Shown one piece after another: positions 1 to 13,259 of a stretch of DNA of 64,000 nt. The stretch spans positions 28,024,001 to 28,088,000 of the forward strand of contig NW_027361806.1 in the NCBI RefSeq assembly GCF_039654945.1, in the 5' to 3' direction. How positions within the stretch are numbered: the first letter of the stretch is position 1; every line of letters starts with the position of its first letter. The translations under genes were made by a program, and so were the position numbers. The notes under the pieces are model-generated. The model had not been told where the DNA came from, searched no databases, and saw only the letters and a program-made list of their open reading frames with translations. Source of the DNA: Dendrobates tinctorius. Taxonomy: Eukaryota.

Positions 1-189
1 GATCTGTGAAAGCCAGGACTTTGATTATTTCCTTGACGGGACGTCTGGTAAATGTTCGTCCTGCATGGATTGTGAGTAAACAGCGGAGATTCCTCATCTT
101 CATCTCACTGATATCAGGGTGTGAACCATCGCTTGGTTGTTGGCACCTAATGGAGATATAGATGTACATGGCTCCCTCCATTGTGATCC

Positions 190-1055
190 ATGGCATGGTT
201 CAAGTAGAGCGAGCCGTCGGACGAGGCGGCACCATCTCTCTTCAGCTTATATGGAGAAGCTTTTGTCAGGAAGGCCGGACTTACCGAAAAAGAAGAAGGA
301 ATCAAGATTTCTGGACCAATCACCAACAATCTTAAATGCGCAGACAATACAACATTGATAGTAACAAGCCTAGATGGAATGAAGGACGGATTCCGGAGGG
401 TCAAGATGGAAAGCTCGAGCACGGGACTGCTACTCAACACAAGGAAGACAACGACACTGTCTACTGCCAGGTACGACCGACCGGGACACATCTGAGATGG
501 ACGACGATGACCTGGAAGTGGTAAAGTTCTTCAACTTACTCAGATCAATAATCGCTCAAGATGAAGCGACAACACCGGAAGTCAATGGGAGAATAGTTAT
601 GGGAAAATCAACAATGAGGTCACCGGACACGGCCCTTAAATCGAGGAACATTTCACTGGTGACAAAGACCCGGCTCGTACATCGTCTGGGCTTCACTGTG
701 GTAACATACGGGTGCGAAACCTGAACGATAAAGAAACAAGACAGAAGAACAATCTACAAAATATGGTGGAGAAGGACGTTATCAATACCATGGATGGCAA
801 GAAGAAGAAATCAAGCCCGACATGTCACTGGAAACAAGGATGACCGAGCCACGACCTGTGGACACATCATACGGAGAGAGCGATCACTGGAGAAGGACAT
901 CATGGCGGGGAGAATAGAAGGAACAAGGAGAAGAGGAAGAGCAGCAGCCTGATGGCAGGGAAGACCCTGGTGACCGATCTAGTCTGCACAAGATCCATCT
1001 TCCTACAGAGCGCTCATCCACCAAGTCGCCATGGCCCGAAACCGAACCAAAGGCC
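190..1055 (+). mobile_element. Degenerate RTE-clade LINE, 3' fragment (RT C-terminal half), copy 1
   Basis: Broken frames give LFSLYGEAFVRKAGL..GIKISG..NNLKCADNTTLI (decayed YADD), YGCET*TIKK, WWRRTLSIPW and GHIIRRERSLEKDIMAGRIEGTRRRGR, which are typical RTE/BovB-like motifs. Boundaries approximate. Confidence 0.85.
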
Positions 1056-2848
1056 TTTAAATAATTATATTGTTATCATTTATCTTCTGCGGAGCCTCCA
1101 TTGCATCTCCAGGCTTTGCTGAGTGAAAGTGTGGACCTAAGTCCAGTGATCCGTTCCTTCCTCAGCTCCAGGGCCTTCGAATGCCGATTCAGATATTCCC
1201 GGCTGCCACCTGATGTTTGCATTTAGTCGCCCGCTCTTTACGCCGCACATAGGTGACATCACTACACTTTCTGCATATTAGTCTCTATATGCAGCTGCTT
1301 TACAATCTGCGATCGTCATCATTTCTCTCTGGCCGGTGACCGGACGGCGGCTTTCTGCTGCACATTATTGGTCTTTCTATCGTCACAATTTCTCCATAAT
1401 GCATTTACTGTTGGGGGAGTTCAGGGGATGTTTTGTGTGTAATAAATACTAATTAATTGTCCTATTTATTGCCGTGGTTATTAGTTCTGGATTGTTTGTG
1501 TAAGTGTTCATTAAAGAGATTTATGTAGCAAGTAAGAACCAGACGAACAGGATCCGCTACACGGAAGGATCACTGGTCCCAAATCTTGTGGCGCTTCCAG
1601 CCCTGAGGCTTCCGTATGACCTGGGATTGGAGTTTTCCTACTGGCCCCGTTGTTGTACACTGTGAACGTTTCGCCCCTGGGGAACATCACGCGGCTTATT
1701 CTGCTGTCCACGCAGCGTCCTGCCCTCGTCTGACGCCTGTCGCCATTCCTCAGTGATCACCTCATATAGTGCGACCTGAACACGAAGTGCTGAGATTCTT
1801 TACCTGCACATCATGAATATTCATCTCTTCTCTGCTCCAATTATTCATCTTTCTGACCCAGTGGAAAGTTTTCAAGCAGCAAAAGTCAGATTTAGAGAAT
1901 TGTATCTGGAGAAATAAATTCCATCTGCTATAAAACAAAATCCTGCTGCTCAGTCCAGGCCTGGGGGAGCATCTAGGGGAACACACACTTGTTGAAGGGT
2001 GGACGGTTATTCTGGTCGTCCTGTGTAGCAGAGTGTTTGAGCTCTCCTTCCTCCCAATCACTGAGCTCAGCCGATGTAGAGGGCAGGAGCCGCTGAGCTC
2101 AGTGATTGGCTGCAGCGGTGACCAGAGCGGCAGTGCAGACACAGCAGGACCTGAGGAAGAGAAATGGGCTAAAAAGGTTATAATAGGACAACTCCTTTAA
2201 ATGGAAATATTTTGGACTAGAAGCCATTTATACTGTTGGGATTGGTTCGGCTTTGTTCAGCGTTTGCTTTTACAGGTTCTTTGTTTCCGGCACGTCGTTG
2301 GCTGCAGAGTGAACGGAGAATTTGTCGTTATTCTGACTTTTATCTTTCTTTTTCTAAGCTGGTTTATGACCCCATGAAAGTTCTGCTGATCTCAGATGTT
2401 GTCACACACCTTGAGAAAGTCGGGATGGAGGACACACGTCAGTGTGACGCCATCATGCTGCACTTTACACGCCGACTTGTCTGCTAATTAGAGGCACTGA
2501 CCACCATTGTCAGAGGACCTATGAGTTGTGTCTACCTTCCTCTCATGGCCCCTCTCTGAAGGTTCCTCTAGAGCCTTACAAGTGTCAGTTCATCTCCTGA
2601 ACAGATGACTACTCCACCCAGCCTCCTCTTACATGAAATGATGGGCCGAGGAAGGCTATGATCTGTGAAAGCCAGGACTTTGATTATTTCCTTGACGGGA
2701 CGTCTGGTAAATGTTCGTCCTGCATGGATTGTGAGTAAACAGCGGAGATTCCTCATCTTCATCTCACTGATATCAGGGTGTGAACCATCGCTTGGTTGTT
2801 GGCACCTAATGGAGATATAGATGTACATGGCTCCCTCCATTGTGATCC

Positions 2849-3714
2849 ATGGCATGGTTCAAGTAGAGCGAGCCGTCGGACGAGGCGGCACCATCTCTCT
2901 TCAGCTTATATGGAGAAGCTTTTGTCAGGAAGGCCGGACTTACCGAAAAAGAAGAAGGAATCAAGATTTCTGGACCAATCACCAACAATCTTAAATGCGC
3001 AGACAATACAACATTGATAGTAACAAGCCTAGATGGAATGAAGGACGGATTCCGGAGGGTCAAGATGGAAAGCTCGAGCACGGGACTGCTACTCAACACA
3101 AGGAAGACAACGACACTGTCTACTGCCAGGTACGACCGACCGGGACACATCTGAGATGGACGACGATGACCTGGAAGTGGTAAAGTTCTTCAACTTACTC
3201 AGATCAATAATCGCTCAAGATGAAGCGACAACACCGGAAGTCAATGGGAGAATAGTTATGGGAAAATCAACAATGAGGTCACCGGACACGGCCCTTAAAT
3301 CGAGGAACATTTCACTGGTGACAAAGACCCGGCTCGTACATCGTCTGGGCTTCACTGTGGTAACATACGGGTGCGAAACCTGAACGATAAAGAAACAAGA
3401 CAGAAGAACAATCTACAAAGTATGGTGGAGAAGGACGTTATCAATACCATGGATGGCAAGAAGAAGAAATCAAGCCCGACATGTCACTGGAAACAAGGAT
3501 GACCGAGCCACGACCTGTGGACACATCATACGGAGAGAGCGATCACTGGAGAAGGACATCATGGCGGGGAGAATAGAAGGAACAAGGAGAAGAGGAAGAG
3601 CAGCAGCCTGATGGCAGGGAAGACCCTGGTGACCGATCTAGTCTGCACAAGATCCATCTTCCTACAGAGCGCTCATCCACCAAGTCGCCATGGCCCGAAA
3701 CCGAACCAAAGGCC
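2849..3714 (+). mobile_element. Degenerate RTE-clade LINE, 3' fragment, copy 2 (duplicated with the tandem unit)
   Basis: Near-identical to 190-1055. Confidence 0.85.
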
Positions 3715-5772
3715 TTTAAATAATAATATTGTTATCATTTATCTTCTGCGGAGCCTCCATTGCATCTCCAGGCTTTGCTGAGTGAAAGTGTGGACCTGAG
3801 TCCAGTGATCCGTTCCTTCCTCAGCTCCAGGGCCTTCGAATGCCGATTCAGATATTCCCGGCTGCCACCTGATGTTTGCATTTAGTCGCCCGCTCTTTAC
3901 GCCGCACATAGGTGACATCACTACACTTTCTGCATATTAGTCTCTATATGCAGCTGCTTTACAATCTGCGATCGTCATCATTTCTCTCTGGCCGGTGACT
4001 GGACGGCGGCTTTCTGCTGACCTCGATCGCGTGCACATTATTGGTCTTTCTATCGTCACAATTTCTCCATAATGCACTTACTGTTGGGGGAGTTCAGGGG
4101 ATGTTTTGTATATAATAAATACTAATTAATTGTCCTCTTCTATTTATTGCCGTGGTTATTAGTTCTGGATTGTTTGTGTAAGTGTTCATTAAAGAGATTT
4201 ATGTAGCAAGTAAGAACCAGACGAACAGGATCCGCTACACGGAAGGATCACTGGTCCCAAATCTTGTGGCGCGTCCAGCGCTGAGGCTTCCGTGTGACCT
4301 GGGATTGGAGTTTTCCTACTGGCCCCGTTGTTGTACACTGTGAACGTTTCGCCCCTGGGGAACATCACGCGGCTTATTCTGCTGTCCACGCAGCGTCCTG
4401 CCCTCGTCTGACACCTGTCGCCATTCCTCAGTGATCACCTCATATAATGCGACCTGAACACGAAGTGCTGAGATTCTTTACCTGCACATCATGAATATTC
4501 ATCTCTGCTCCAATTATTCATCTTTCTGACCCAGTGGAAAGTTTTCAAGAAGCAAAAGTCAGATTTAGAGAATTGTATCTGGAGAAATAAATTCCATCTG
4601 CTATAAAACAAAATCCTGCTGATCAGTCCAGGCCTGGGGGAGCATCTAGGGGAACACACACTTGTTGAAGGGCGGACGGTTATTCTGGTCGTCCTGTGTA
4701 GCAGAGTGTTTGAGCTCTCCTTCCTCCCAATCACTGAGCTCAGCCGATGTAGAGGGCAGGAGCCGCTGAGCTCAGTGATTGGCTGCAGCGGTGACCAGAG
4801 CGGCAGTGCAGACACAGCAGGACCTGAGGAAGAGAAATGGGCTAAAAAGATCTAAAACAGGACAACCCCTTTAAATGGAAATATTTTAAGTTAACATTCA
4901 TTTTAGCCGTTGGGTTTCATTCAGCTTTTTGCAGCGTTCGGCTTTGACAGGTTCTTTGTTTCCTGCGCGTCGTTAGCTGCAGAGTTAACTGAGAATTTGT
5001 CAGTGACCTCACTAGTTTGTCTGACTTTTATCTTTCTTTTTATAAACTGCTTTATCACCACATTAAAGTTCTGTTCAACTCCGATGTGGTCTGTTGTTAT
5101 ACATTAGCTGAGAGGAGTTTTAGGAAAACAGGAAAAAACTCCCAGTCAGCTGGAGCTCACTGAAGGATTCTCAGTTAACTAATTCTGCAACCAGTAAAGT
5201 TCAGGGAAAAGCCTGTAAGAAAACGGTGCAATATTTTAAAAATGAATTCCAATTGGAAATTTTATTTTAATTATTAGTCGATAATGGCTGCAGCGTACGG
5301 CAGAGTAGACGTGTAAACCCTGTGATGGTGGACGTGACTGAGCCGTCCTGGTAGTGGCCACTACGAGGTCATGACCAGGAGTTTATAAGCCACTGCTTCC
5401 CCGGATGGGGCGCAGACGGTTAATCAGTAATTCCTGGACTGATGTCCCCTGTGTCCTCCGGGATCTGGGTCACTGGTCCAGCGCTGCACTTTGGACGGAT
5501 CGGCGGATATTGCTGAAAGCCTGCAGATAATACGGGCATGGATGACAGGTGTGGATTTCCCCATTGAACTTAATGTTAAGTTCTTGTCCGTTTTGCTGGT
5601 CCATGGTCTGAGCCCCGCCACGTGCTCCGGACAGGAGCGGCCTCTATCATTAATATGGTTTCCACGTCCTGACAGCAAGCAGAGATGTGGACTCCTGGCA
5701 GGACGGGACGCACGGTAACATTGCTCATAAATCCCGCAGACAACTTCACGGCAGCTTTTCCTTTTCTTTCAG

Positions 5773-5934
5773 GAGCGCTGCTCTTTGACAGATCTCAGGG
5801 GTTTTGGCTCGTTCACTCGGTTCCACATTTCCCCCCATTTCCAGAAGACGGCTTCGGATATCCTAATACCGGCAGACGCTACGGACAGGCCGCCCTGTGT
5901 GTGACATACAAGTACGAGCAGTTCAAGCAGATTG
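5773..5934 (+). CDS. DNASE2B: Deoxyribonuclease II beta, internal coding exon (162 nt; probably exon 4)
   Basis: tttcag|GA...ATTG|gtgagt. Encodes (G)ALLFDRSQGFWLVHSVPHFPPFPEDGFGYPNTGRRYGQAALCVTYKYEQFKQI, with the DNase II GFWLxHSxPxFPP and GQ motifs. Paralog assigned by synteny with RPF1 and GNG5. Confidence 0.93.
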
Positions 5935-6909
5935 GTGAGTGTTCGTCTTCTGGTACTCAGGCCTTTCCTATATAAAATGTAGCAAATATCACTTTTAAGA
6001 ACAGCGCCTCTCATAGCCACAGGATCTGTCTGGTATTGCAACCGAGCCAGGTGTAATTGGGGCTGCAATACTTGAGACCATGGTCCTGGGGGGCAGCACA
6101 TGAGGGGAACCATATGTCAGTATCATCTGGGCGTAAAGGACCTGGACAGCAGCCTTTAGAGCAATCTAACAAGGGGCATACATTAAACTTTGGGGGCCAC
6201 AGAGCAAAGGTCTGAATAGGCCCCGGACCGCCATGACGGCTGTTCATAGGGTTCCCAGGTTCCTTTATGCCAGCGAACCACTTAGAGGCCACGGTCACTG
6301 TTCACCACAGTATCTGGGTGTATTATTAGTGAGTGGGCCGGACTGGTCGGTATTGGGCTCCCCTGACTCATTGGCCCGCTGTGCGGTCTGCTGCCATTGG
6401 CGGCCCACCACTGGGCATGTGGTGCTATATGGGGAGGATATGGCGGTATTGTCTAGGACAGCAGCTTTCAACACAAAACCTAATTCACAGGAAATCCTAA
6501 AAAATGTCTCCTCTCCAGGGAAACCCCTGATGCCTCCCTCATAGACGCTCGGTGTGGTGACTTCGCTTTTGCCATTTTTATCCGGTGCATTAATTTGGGT
6601 CACATGATCTAATGGTTGTAAATCATCCATCGGAGGCTGAAATCAGTTTCCCAAGGGCGAATCCTCCAAAATGCACAATAGCAATCTGCTCTGATTTTTG
6701 TGGGGTTTTCAGCAGTTTTTTCTCTGTTTTTGCTGCAGATTTGATGCCGTCTTTATGAATGAACTTTTAGCGCAGAAATACTTGGATCCTGCACTTGAAA
6801 TATGATTGCATTTTTTAGGCTCCCATAGAGGCCTCCAGGGAAAAAATGGACCATAAAATACATGTCCTTCTCTAACCGCGCACAGGGCATCCACTGTGAT
6901 GACTTGTTA

Positions 6910-7167
6910 GGCTGGAGTCGCACACAAGGTAGAAAAATACGGACCGTATTTTACGTCCGTAATATGCATAAATGGTCCCTAAATAGTGCTCCGTATGTCA
7001 TCCGTTGTCAGGGTGTGGCCGCATATTTTTCTCATGTAAGCATCCGTATGTAATCCGTATGGCATCCGTATACCATTTTTTTCTCGCAGGCTTGCAAAAC
7101 GGACATATAATGGAGCCCAATGACAGGTTTTCAAATCCAAACGAAAGAATAGATCTAGACACATAGA

Positions 7168-7205
<38 letters not shown>

Positions 7206-10200
7206 TTCACAGAGTTCTACATAGCAGAATAGCCGCTAATTCAATTGCCGGCTTCTGTCAAATCATTCCCCAACCCGACATGAAATGACACATGGTTTAC
7301 ATTCAGTAAATCATTTTATTTCATGTTTTTTTTTATATGTCCCTGACTAATAATTAGATGAGTGTTTGTGTGCAAAATTTGGGAGGTGTAGGTGTTAATT
7401 TAAGGGGTTAATTTGTTGTCAAAAAAGGCATGTGCTCCTGCTGTAATTTGTCAACCAGAGAGGTAAAGCAGGTGAGTGAGGGCAGATTTTAATAGCCATG
7501 AGAGAGACCATTGTTTTTGCCCCCCCCCCCCACTACAAAAATCTGCCCCCAGACACCCCAGAAATGGCGCATCTATAAGATGTGCCAATTCTGGCACTTA
7601 TCCTCTCTATTCCCATTGCCCTGTAGGGGTGGCGAATGGGTTAATATAACAAAGGGTTAATGTCACCGTTCGATCGTAAGGTGACATTAAGCCGATTAAT
7701 AATGGAGAGGTGTCAATAAGACACCGATCCATTATTAACCCTATACTAAGAAAGAGTTAAAAAACACACACAGACATTAATTACAAAGTCTTTTAATGAA
7801 ATAAATACACCAAGTTTTTGACAAATTTTTATTAGTCTGGTAATCCAAAATAAAACCATGACCTGCAATAAAAATAACATAAAAAATCACCAATATCCTT
7901 AACTCTCTGCTGTTCAGTCATGTCCCACGCTGCAATCCATCAGAAGGGGTTAAATAGTTTACAATGCGGAGCGGTGCTAATGCGACCAGCCTCACTGTAA
8001 TCTGCTACAAAATGAATTGATTCAGCTCTGCGCAGCCTCAATGGCTGCCTGTAGATGATCTAATTACCGTAGGAAAGTTTCTGACTTTTTCCCACGTTTA
8101 TTAGTTCATTCACAGATCAGCCGGGGACTCCCCACAGCCTCAGTGATGTCAGCGGGAGTCCCCGGCTGATCTGTGAATGAACTAATGACCGTGGGAAAAA
8201 AGTCAGAAACTTTCCCACGGTAATTAGATCATCTATAGGCAGCCATTGAGGCTGCGCAGAGCTGAATCAATTCATTTTGTAGTAGATTACAGTGAGGCTG
8301 GTCGCATTAGCACTGGTCCTCATTGTAAACTATTTAACCCCTTCTGATGGATTGCAGCATGGGACATGACTGAACAGCGGAGAGGTAAGGATATTGGTGA
8401 TTTTTTATGTTACTTTTCTTGCAGGTCATGGTTTTATTTTGGATTACCAGACTAATAAAAATTTGTCAAAAACTTGGTGTATTTATTTCATTAAGGCTAT
8501 GTGCACACGTAGCGTTTTAAAACGCTTACTAAAAACCGGACTCCTTCCCAGAAATCGCGCGTTTTTTTCCGCGCAATTTCACCGCGATTTTACCGCGATT
8601 ATGATCGCGATTTTGCCGCGATTTTCGCGTGCGATATTCAAGCACTTTCCAAGCGATTTGAAGCATCGCTTGGAAAGTGATTGACAGGTTGGTCACACTC
8701 GTCAAACATAGTGTTTGACGAGTGTGACCAGGTTTTTACTATTGAGGCCGCCTATGCGGCATCAATAGTAAAAGATAGAATGTTAAAATGCTAAAAAAAA
8801 AAAATAAAAAAAAAATCAGGGTATATTTACCTTCCGGCGTCCCGCGCTGCATTCCCGGGCCTCAGCGTTCCCAGTAATGCCTTGCGAGACCTGTGATGAG
8901 ATAGTCTCGCGTTGCTATAGCGATCTCGCGAGACCGCTAGAGTCACGCGAGACTACGTCATTACAGGGCCTTGCCGCAAGGTATTACTGGGAACGCTGAG
9001 GCCCGGGAATGCAGCGCGGGACGCCGGAAGGTAAATATACCCCGATTTTTTATTTTTTATTCTTTTTTTACAGGGGTATGGTACCCAGGGCCTGGAGGAC
9101 AGTCTCCTCTCCTCCACACCGTGGGTACCAACCGCACATGAGACGCTTAACTTCCCGCATGGTGGGCATAGCCACATGCGGGAAGTAAGTGATTCTCATG
9201 CATTCCTATGGGTGCGGAATCGCGGCAATTCTTTGCGATTCCGCACAAAGAATGAGCATGCTGCGATTTTTTCCGCGATGCGATTCCGCCGCGGAAAAAA
9301 GCGCAGCATTAGCACAGCATGTGCGGAATGCCATAGGAATGCATGGGGGGCGTTCTGTACACGATTTTTAAGCGTTTTCGCGCCGAAAATCGCGGCAAAA
9401 ACGCTTAAAAATCGCTACGTGGGCACACAGCCTAAAAGACTTTTTAATTAATGTAGGTGTGTGGTTTTTAATCCTTTCTTAGAATAGGGTTAATAATGGA
9501 TCGGTGTCTTATTGACACCTCTCCATTATTAATCGGCTTAATGTCACCTTACAATCGAACGGTGACATTAACCCTTTGTTATATTAACCCATTCGCCACC
9601 CCTACAGGGCAATGGGAATAGAGAGGATAAGTGCCAGAATTGGCACATCTTATAGATGCGCCATTTCTGGGGTGTCTGGGGGCAGATTTTTGTAGCCGGG
9701 GGGGGCCAAAAACAATGGTCCCTCTCATGGCTATTAAAATCTGCCCTCACTCACCTGCTTTACCTCTCTGGTTGACAAATTACAGCGGGAGCCCACGCAT
9801 TTTTTTTACAACGAATTAACACCTACACCTCCCAAATTTTGCACACAAACCCTCATCTAATTATTAGTCAGGGACATATAAAAAAAACATGAAATTAAAT
9901 GGTTTACTGTATGTAACCATGTGTCATTTCATGTCGGGTTGGGGAATGATTTGACAGAAGCCGGCAATTGAATTAGCGGCTATTCTGCTATGAAGAACTC
10001 TGTGAAATATAAATATATATATATATATATATATATTCTATGTGTATATATCTATTCTTTCGTTTCTTTATTAAACCTGTCAGTGTGATTTTACTGTATC
10101 GCACACTGAATTGCCGGCTTTTCTAAAGGACACCGGGTGCGTATTTCTCGCAAGTCACATGTGTGGTCCGTGTGTAATGCGTATTTTTAGCGCACCCATA

Positions 10201-10393
10201 GACTTGCATTGGCGTACTACGGTCGAAATACCCTGAAAATCACAGCATGCTGTGATTGGCACGGACCGTAGAAAATACGCGAGAAAAATACTGCTGATGG
10301 GAGCTGCCCCATAGAGAATCATTGGTCCGTGTGCATTGTTTTTTTTTTATCGCCTCTCACTCGTCCATATTCCTCTCTAGTGTGACGCCGGCC
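6910..10393. mobile_element. Long palindromic (fold-back) non-autonomous DNA element with TTA target duplication (PIF/Harbinger-Tourist-like), in a DNASE2B intron
   Basis: tta|GGCTGGAGTCGCAC...GTGTGACGCCGGCC|tta. Arms from ~7100 and ~10085 are inverted about an apex near 8143. Same family as 45876-48879 and 63474-64000. Confidence 0.8.
8495..9432. mobile_element. Nested palindromic MITE with TAA target-site duplication
   Basis: taa|GGCTATGTGCACACGTAGCG...CGCTACGTGGGCACACAGCC|taa. The opposite arm of the host palindrome (7781-7810) preserves the empty site. Confidence 0.9.
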
Positions 10394-10579
10394 TTACGGG
10401 CAGATTTCTGCACATAAAAACGCTGCAGAAAATTCCACTCAGTGGGAACATGGTCTGAATGTGATTGTCTGCAGCGGGAGCTGAGCCGCCCTCGGGGGAC
10501 CCTGGGTGGGAGGAACCAGCCTGGCGGAGTTGAAAACCTCATCCATAACTAACGTTCTGTCTTCTCTTCGATATAACAG

Positions 10580-10777
10580 CCGCCCAGTTATTGTACTACA
10601 ACCCAAATGTGTACAACTGCTCCGTCCCCGACGCCTATCACAGCGACCTGTGGGGCTTGGACAGAATTTGTCAAGATTTGCAGTTCCCCTGGATAGAGGC
10701 GACGAGGCTCGCTGTCCTGGAATCGGCCCAAGGAGAATCTTTTCTGAACTTTGCAAAATCCAGATACTTTCATGACG
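10580..10777 (+). CDS. DNASE2B: DNase II beta, penultimate coding exon (198 nt)
   Basis: aacag|CC...GACG|gtaaat. Encodes AAQLLYYNPNVYNCSVPDAYHSDLWGLDRICQDLQFPWIEATRLAVLESAQGESFLNFAKSRYFHD. Phase 1-1, consistent with the flanking exons. Confidence 0.93.
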
Positions 10778-11973
10778 GTAAATCCATCTATTGTCACTTT
10801 TTTTCCTTCTAGTAAACGTTTGTTTTTTAGTCCTTTTTATGTTTATGTCTCTTCACGCTGTTTTCAGTCTTCGTCCTTTTTCAGGTTTGCAGTGTGGGAT
10901 TGGCGCTGGTTATCCAAATTCATTATTGGCAACATTTTTTTGAAATGTCACAAAATATTTGCACAATGTGACGGCGATCTCAGGGAAGTACGATGGGGAA
11001 TTCATACCGGGGATAACCACGGCGTGCTCTTGATTAATATATTGCCGCCATCTCTGCCCTGGAGCCGTCCGCCGGGCTGCGGAGATCTGCACTACAACGC
11101 TCTGCGATTTCCAGTGTCAATTAGATTTATCCGCTTTTTGCCCGGCCGTGAGAGGTAGAAAGTCACAAATGATGGTGTGATTACGCAGTGCGCCATCATT
11201 CCTCACCTTGTATAATAGTATTTTTTTATTCCTATAGCGCCATATACTGCAGCACTATAACAGAAGTCAGATGCTGAAAATGATAAATTCCCCTGAATAT
11301 CTGGATAGCGCTGACATCTTACTCTCCTATCAGCCATTATGAACCATTTTTGATAAATTTTGCAACGTCCACCAGCAAAGACCGAAAAACCACAACATCT
11401 GTACATTAGTGTCTGACGATGCAGCAAACGCAGAAGCTGAAAGGGGGAATATTGGAAATGGTCGGTGAATTGGGAACAAACAGCCTGAAACCAGCAGTGA
11501 AATAATCCGGATAGTCCAGCGCTTGTGATGACGCCATCTTCTCTGCTTCCCCCTGACGTTGGAGGAGAACCTGCAGCTACAGAACATGCAGTGCGGGCAG
11601 CAGATGATTGGATTAATTTGTGGCTTTGCAGAGAAGGATTTAGTGTTACCTTGTAATTCTTCATCAGTCTGAGTTTAGGAGTCCAGTGGGCGGGCCTACT
11701 CACTGACACCTATCGCTATACATATTTTCACAAGGTCCACCCACTGGACTCCTAAGACCCAAGTAAACAGGAATTTAAATAAAATGCAATTTATTCTAAA
11801 TCTTTTCCTTCAAGCCTATATTTCAATCAGCTCCAGCTGTATAACCCGCAGCTGTAGATCAGACACCACGTTCCCTTTTAGGTCCCTTGTCCATCCCCAT
11901 TTTCGGACATGACATGGCTTTTATACCACTGCTTATAAACAGGCCTTTTTCTTGTATACTTTTTCTCCGACAG

Positions 11974-12311
11974 ATATCTTCACCGCCTGGATGGCTCAGA
12001 AACTGCAGACGGATTTATTAGCAGAAACATGGCAGCCAACGGGAATAGAGGTCCTGTCTAACTGCACGCTGCCCCGGCACGTCTACACCATCAAGAGAAT
12101 CAGAGTCGCCAACCATTCCTTCTACTCCCGCCAAGATCACTCCAAATGGTGCGTCTCCAGGCCCAGCGCAGACACGTGGACGTGTATCGGAGACCTGAAC
12201 CGATACGCTGAGCAGATATGGAGGAGTGGAGGCTTCGTCTGCACCCAAAACAAGCTCATTTACGCTGCATTCAGCAGCATTGTGGCGTACTACAGCGACT
12301 GCGGAAAATAA
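11974..12311 (+). CDS. DNASE2B: DNase II beta, terminal coding exon with the catalytic DHSKW motif
   Basis: gacag|AT. Encodes DIFTAWMAQKLQTDLLAETWQ...QDHSKWCVS...WTCIGDLNR...RSGGFVCTQN...YYSDCGK*. Confidence 0.95.
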
Positions 12312-12391
12312 GTCCTAGCGGGAAATCAGGAGAACGGTTCACCCTGTGTGACTGTATAATCAGTACCCCGCTACTTCTCGGCATAGACGGC

Positions 12392-12495
12392 TGTGCGTGC
12401 TCATCCTCTTCTGGTGGACCCGGGCCGTGCGTGCTAATCCTCTTCTGGTGGACCCGGGCTGTGCGTGCTCATCCTCTTCTGGTGGACCTGGGCGT
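12392..12495. repeat. Three tandem ~34-bp units (gtgcgtgctcatcctcttctggtggacccgggc) just after the DNASE2B stop
   Basis: Direct repeats visible in the sequence. Confidence 0.8.
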
Positions 12496-13095
12496 CCATG
12501 CACCAGGCCCAGTAATGCTGGAGAACTGTGCAGTATGCCCAGATGTGGCGTCCTCCAGCATCTACGTCTGAGAACATCTGGTGACCTGGAGAGGCTGCAC
12601 CACGGCCATCAGCGGCAGCAGCAGCTTCATTAGGCCAGGGTCACACACGGCATATTTGGGGCAGATTTTCGGCACATAAAATCTGCAGCATTTTTACATG
12701 ACGCAGCAACGTGCATGAGTTTGATCTTGGGGTTTGTGCACACGTTTAGTATTTGAAGCAGATTTTTCTACTGAAACATGGATTTTTGTGAGTACTCACC
12801 GTAAAATCCTTTTCTCTGAGATGCTCATTGGGGGACACAGAGACTGTGGGTGTGTGCTACTGCCGTCTGGAGGCCGACACTAAGTATACAAAAAACAAGT
12901 TAGCTCCTCCTCCGCCGCATACACCCTCGCCCCGATAGCGGGCGGAAACCAGTTTAGTGCAAAAGCAGTAGGAGGACATAACAATAAATTAGCCTTAACG
13001 CAGAAAACTATATGTCTGAAAAAGGACCACCCTACATTAAATAAGGAATTATACTAATTAAATAAACAAGAGCCAACTGGCTATCAGGGTGGGTG

Positions 13096-13198
13096 CTGTG
13101 TCCCCCAATGAGCGTCTCGGAGAAAAGGATTTTACGGTGAGTACTCACAAAAATCCATGTTTCTCCTTCGTCTCATTGGGGGACACAGAGACTGTGGG
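13096..13198. other. DIRS internal complementary region (ICR)
   Basis: Reverse complement of the left terminus (12774-12840) fused, through a shared TTT at 13160-13162, to the reverse complement of the right terminus (18431-18469). Confidence 0.93.
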
Positions 13199-13259
13199 AC
13201 GTCCTAAAGCAGTCCCTGGGTGGGAGCAACTCACCAATCCACACCGCATGCCCACCTGT

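Larger units (their letters stand above)
1..4885. repeat. Tandem duplication, period 2659 bp (unit 1 = 1-2659; unit 2 = 2660 to ~4885, with a diverged tail to ~5080)
   Basis: Position 1 (gatctgtgaaagccaggact) recurs at 2660. Identical ORFs are offset by 2659 (137/2796, 336/2995, 497/3156). Later ORFs (1511/4189) differ by small indels and substitutions. Confidence 0.95.

Noticed and set aside
1511-1711. ORF with TVYNNGAS...PGHTEA, reminiscent of the DNase II YND...GHTKG exon (also at 4189-4389)
   Set aside because: It is on the wrong strand for DNASE2B, lacks the catalytic Lys and has no convincing splice sites. The upstream DNASE2B exons probably lie before the window.
13096-13198. Repeated terminal motif suggesting a CRISPR-like or novel recombination array
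   Set aside because: Fully explained by the standard DIRS ITR/ICR architecture.
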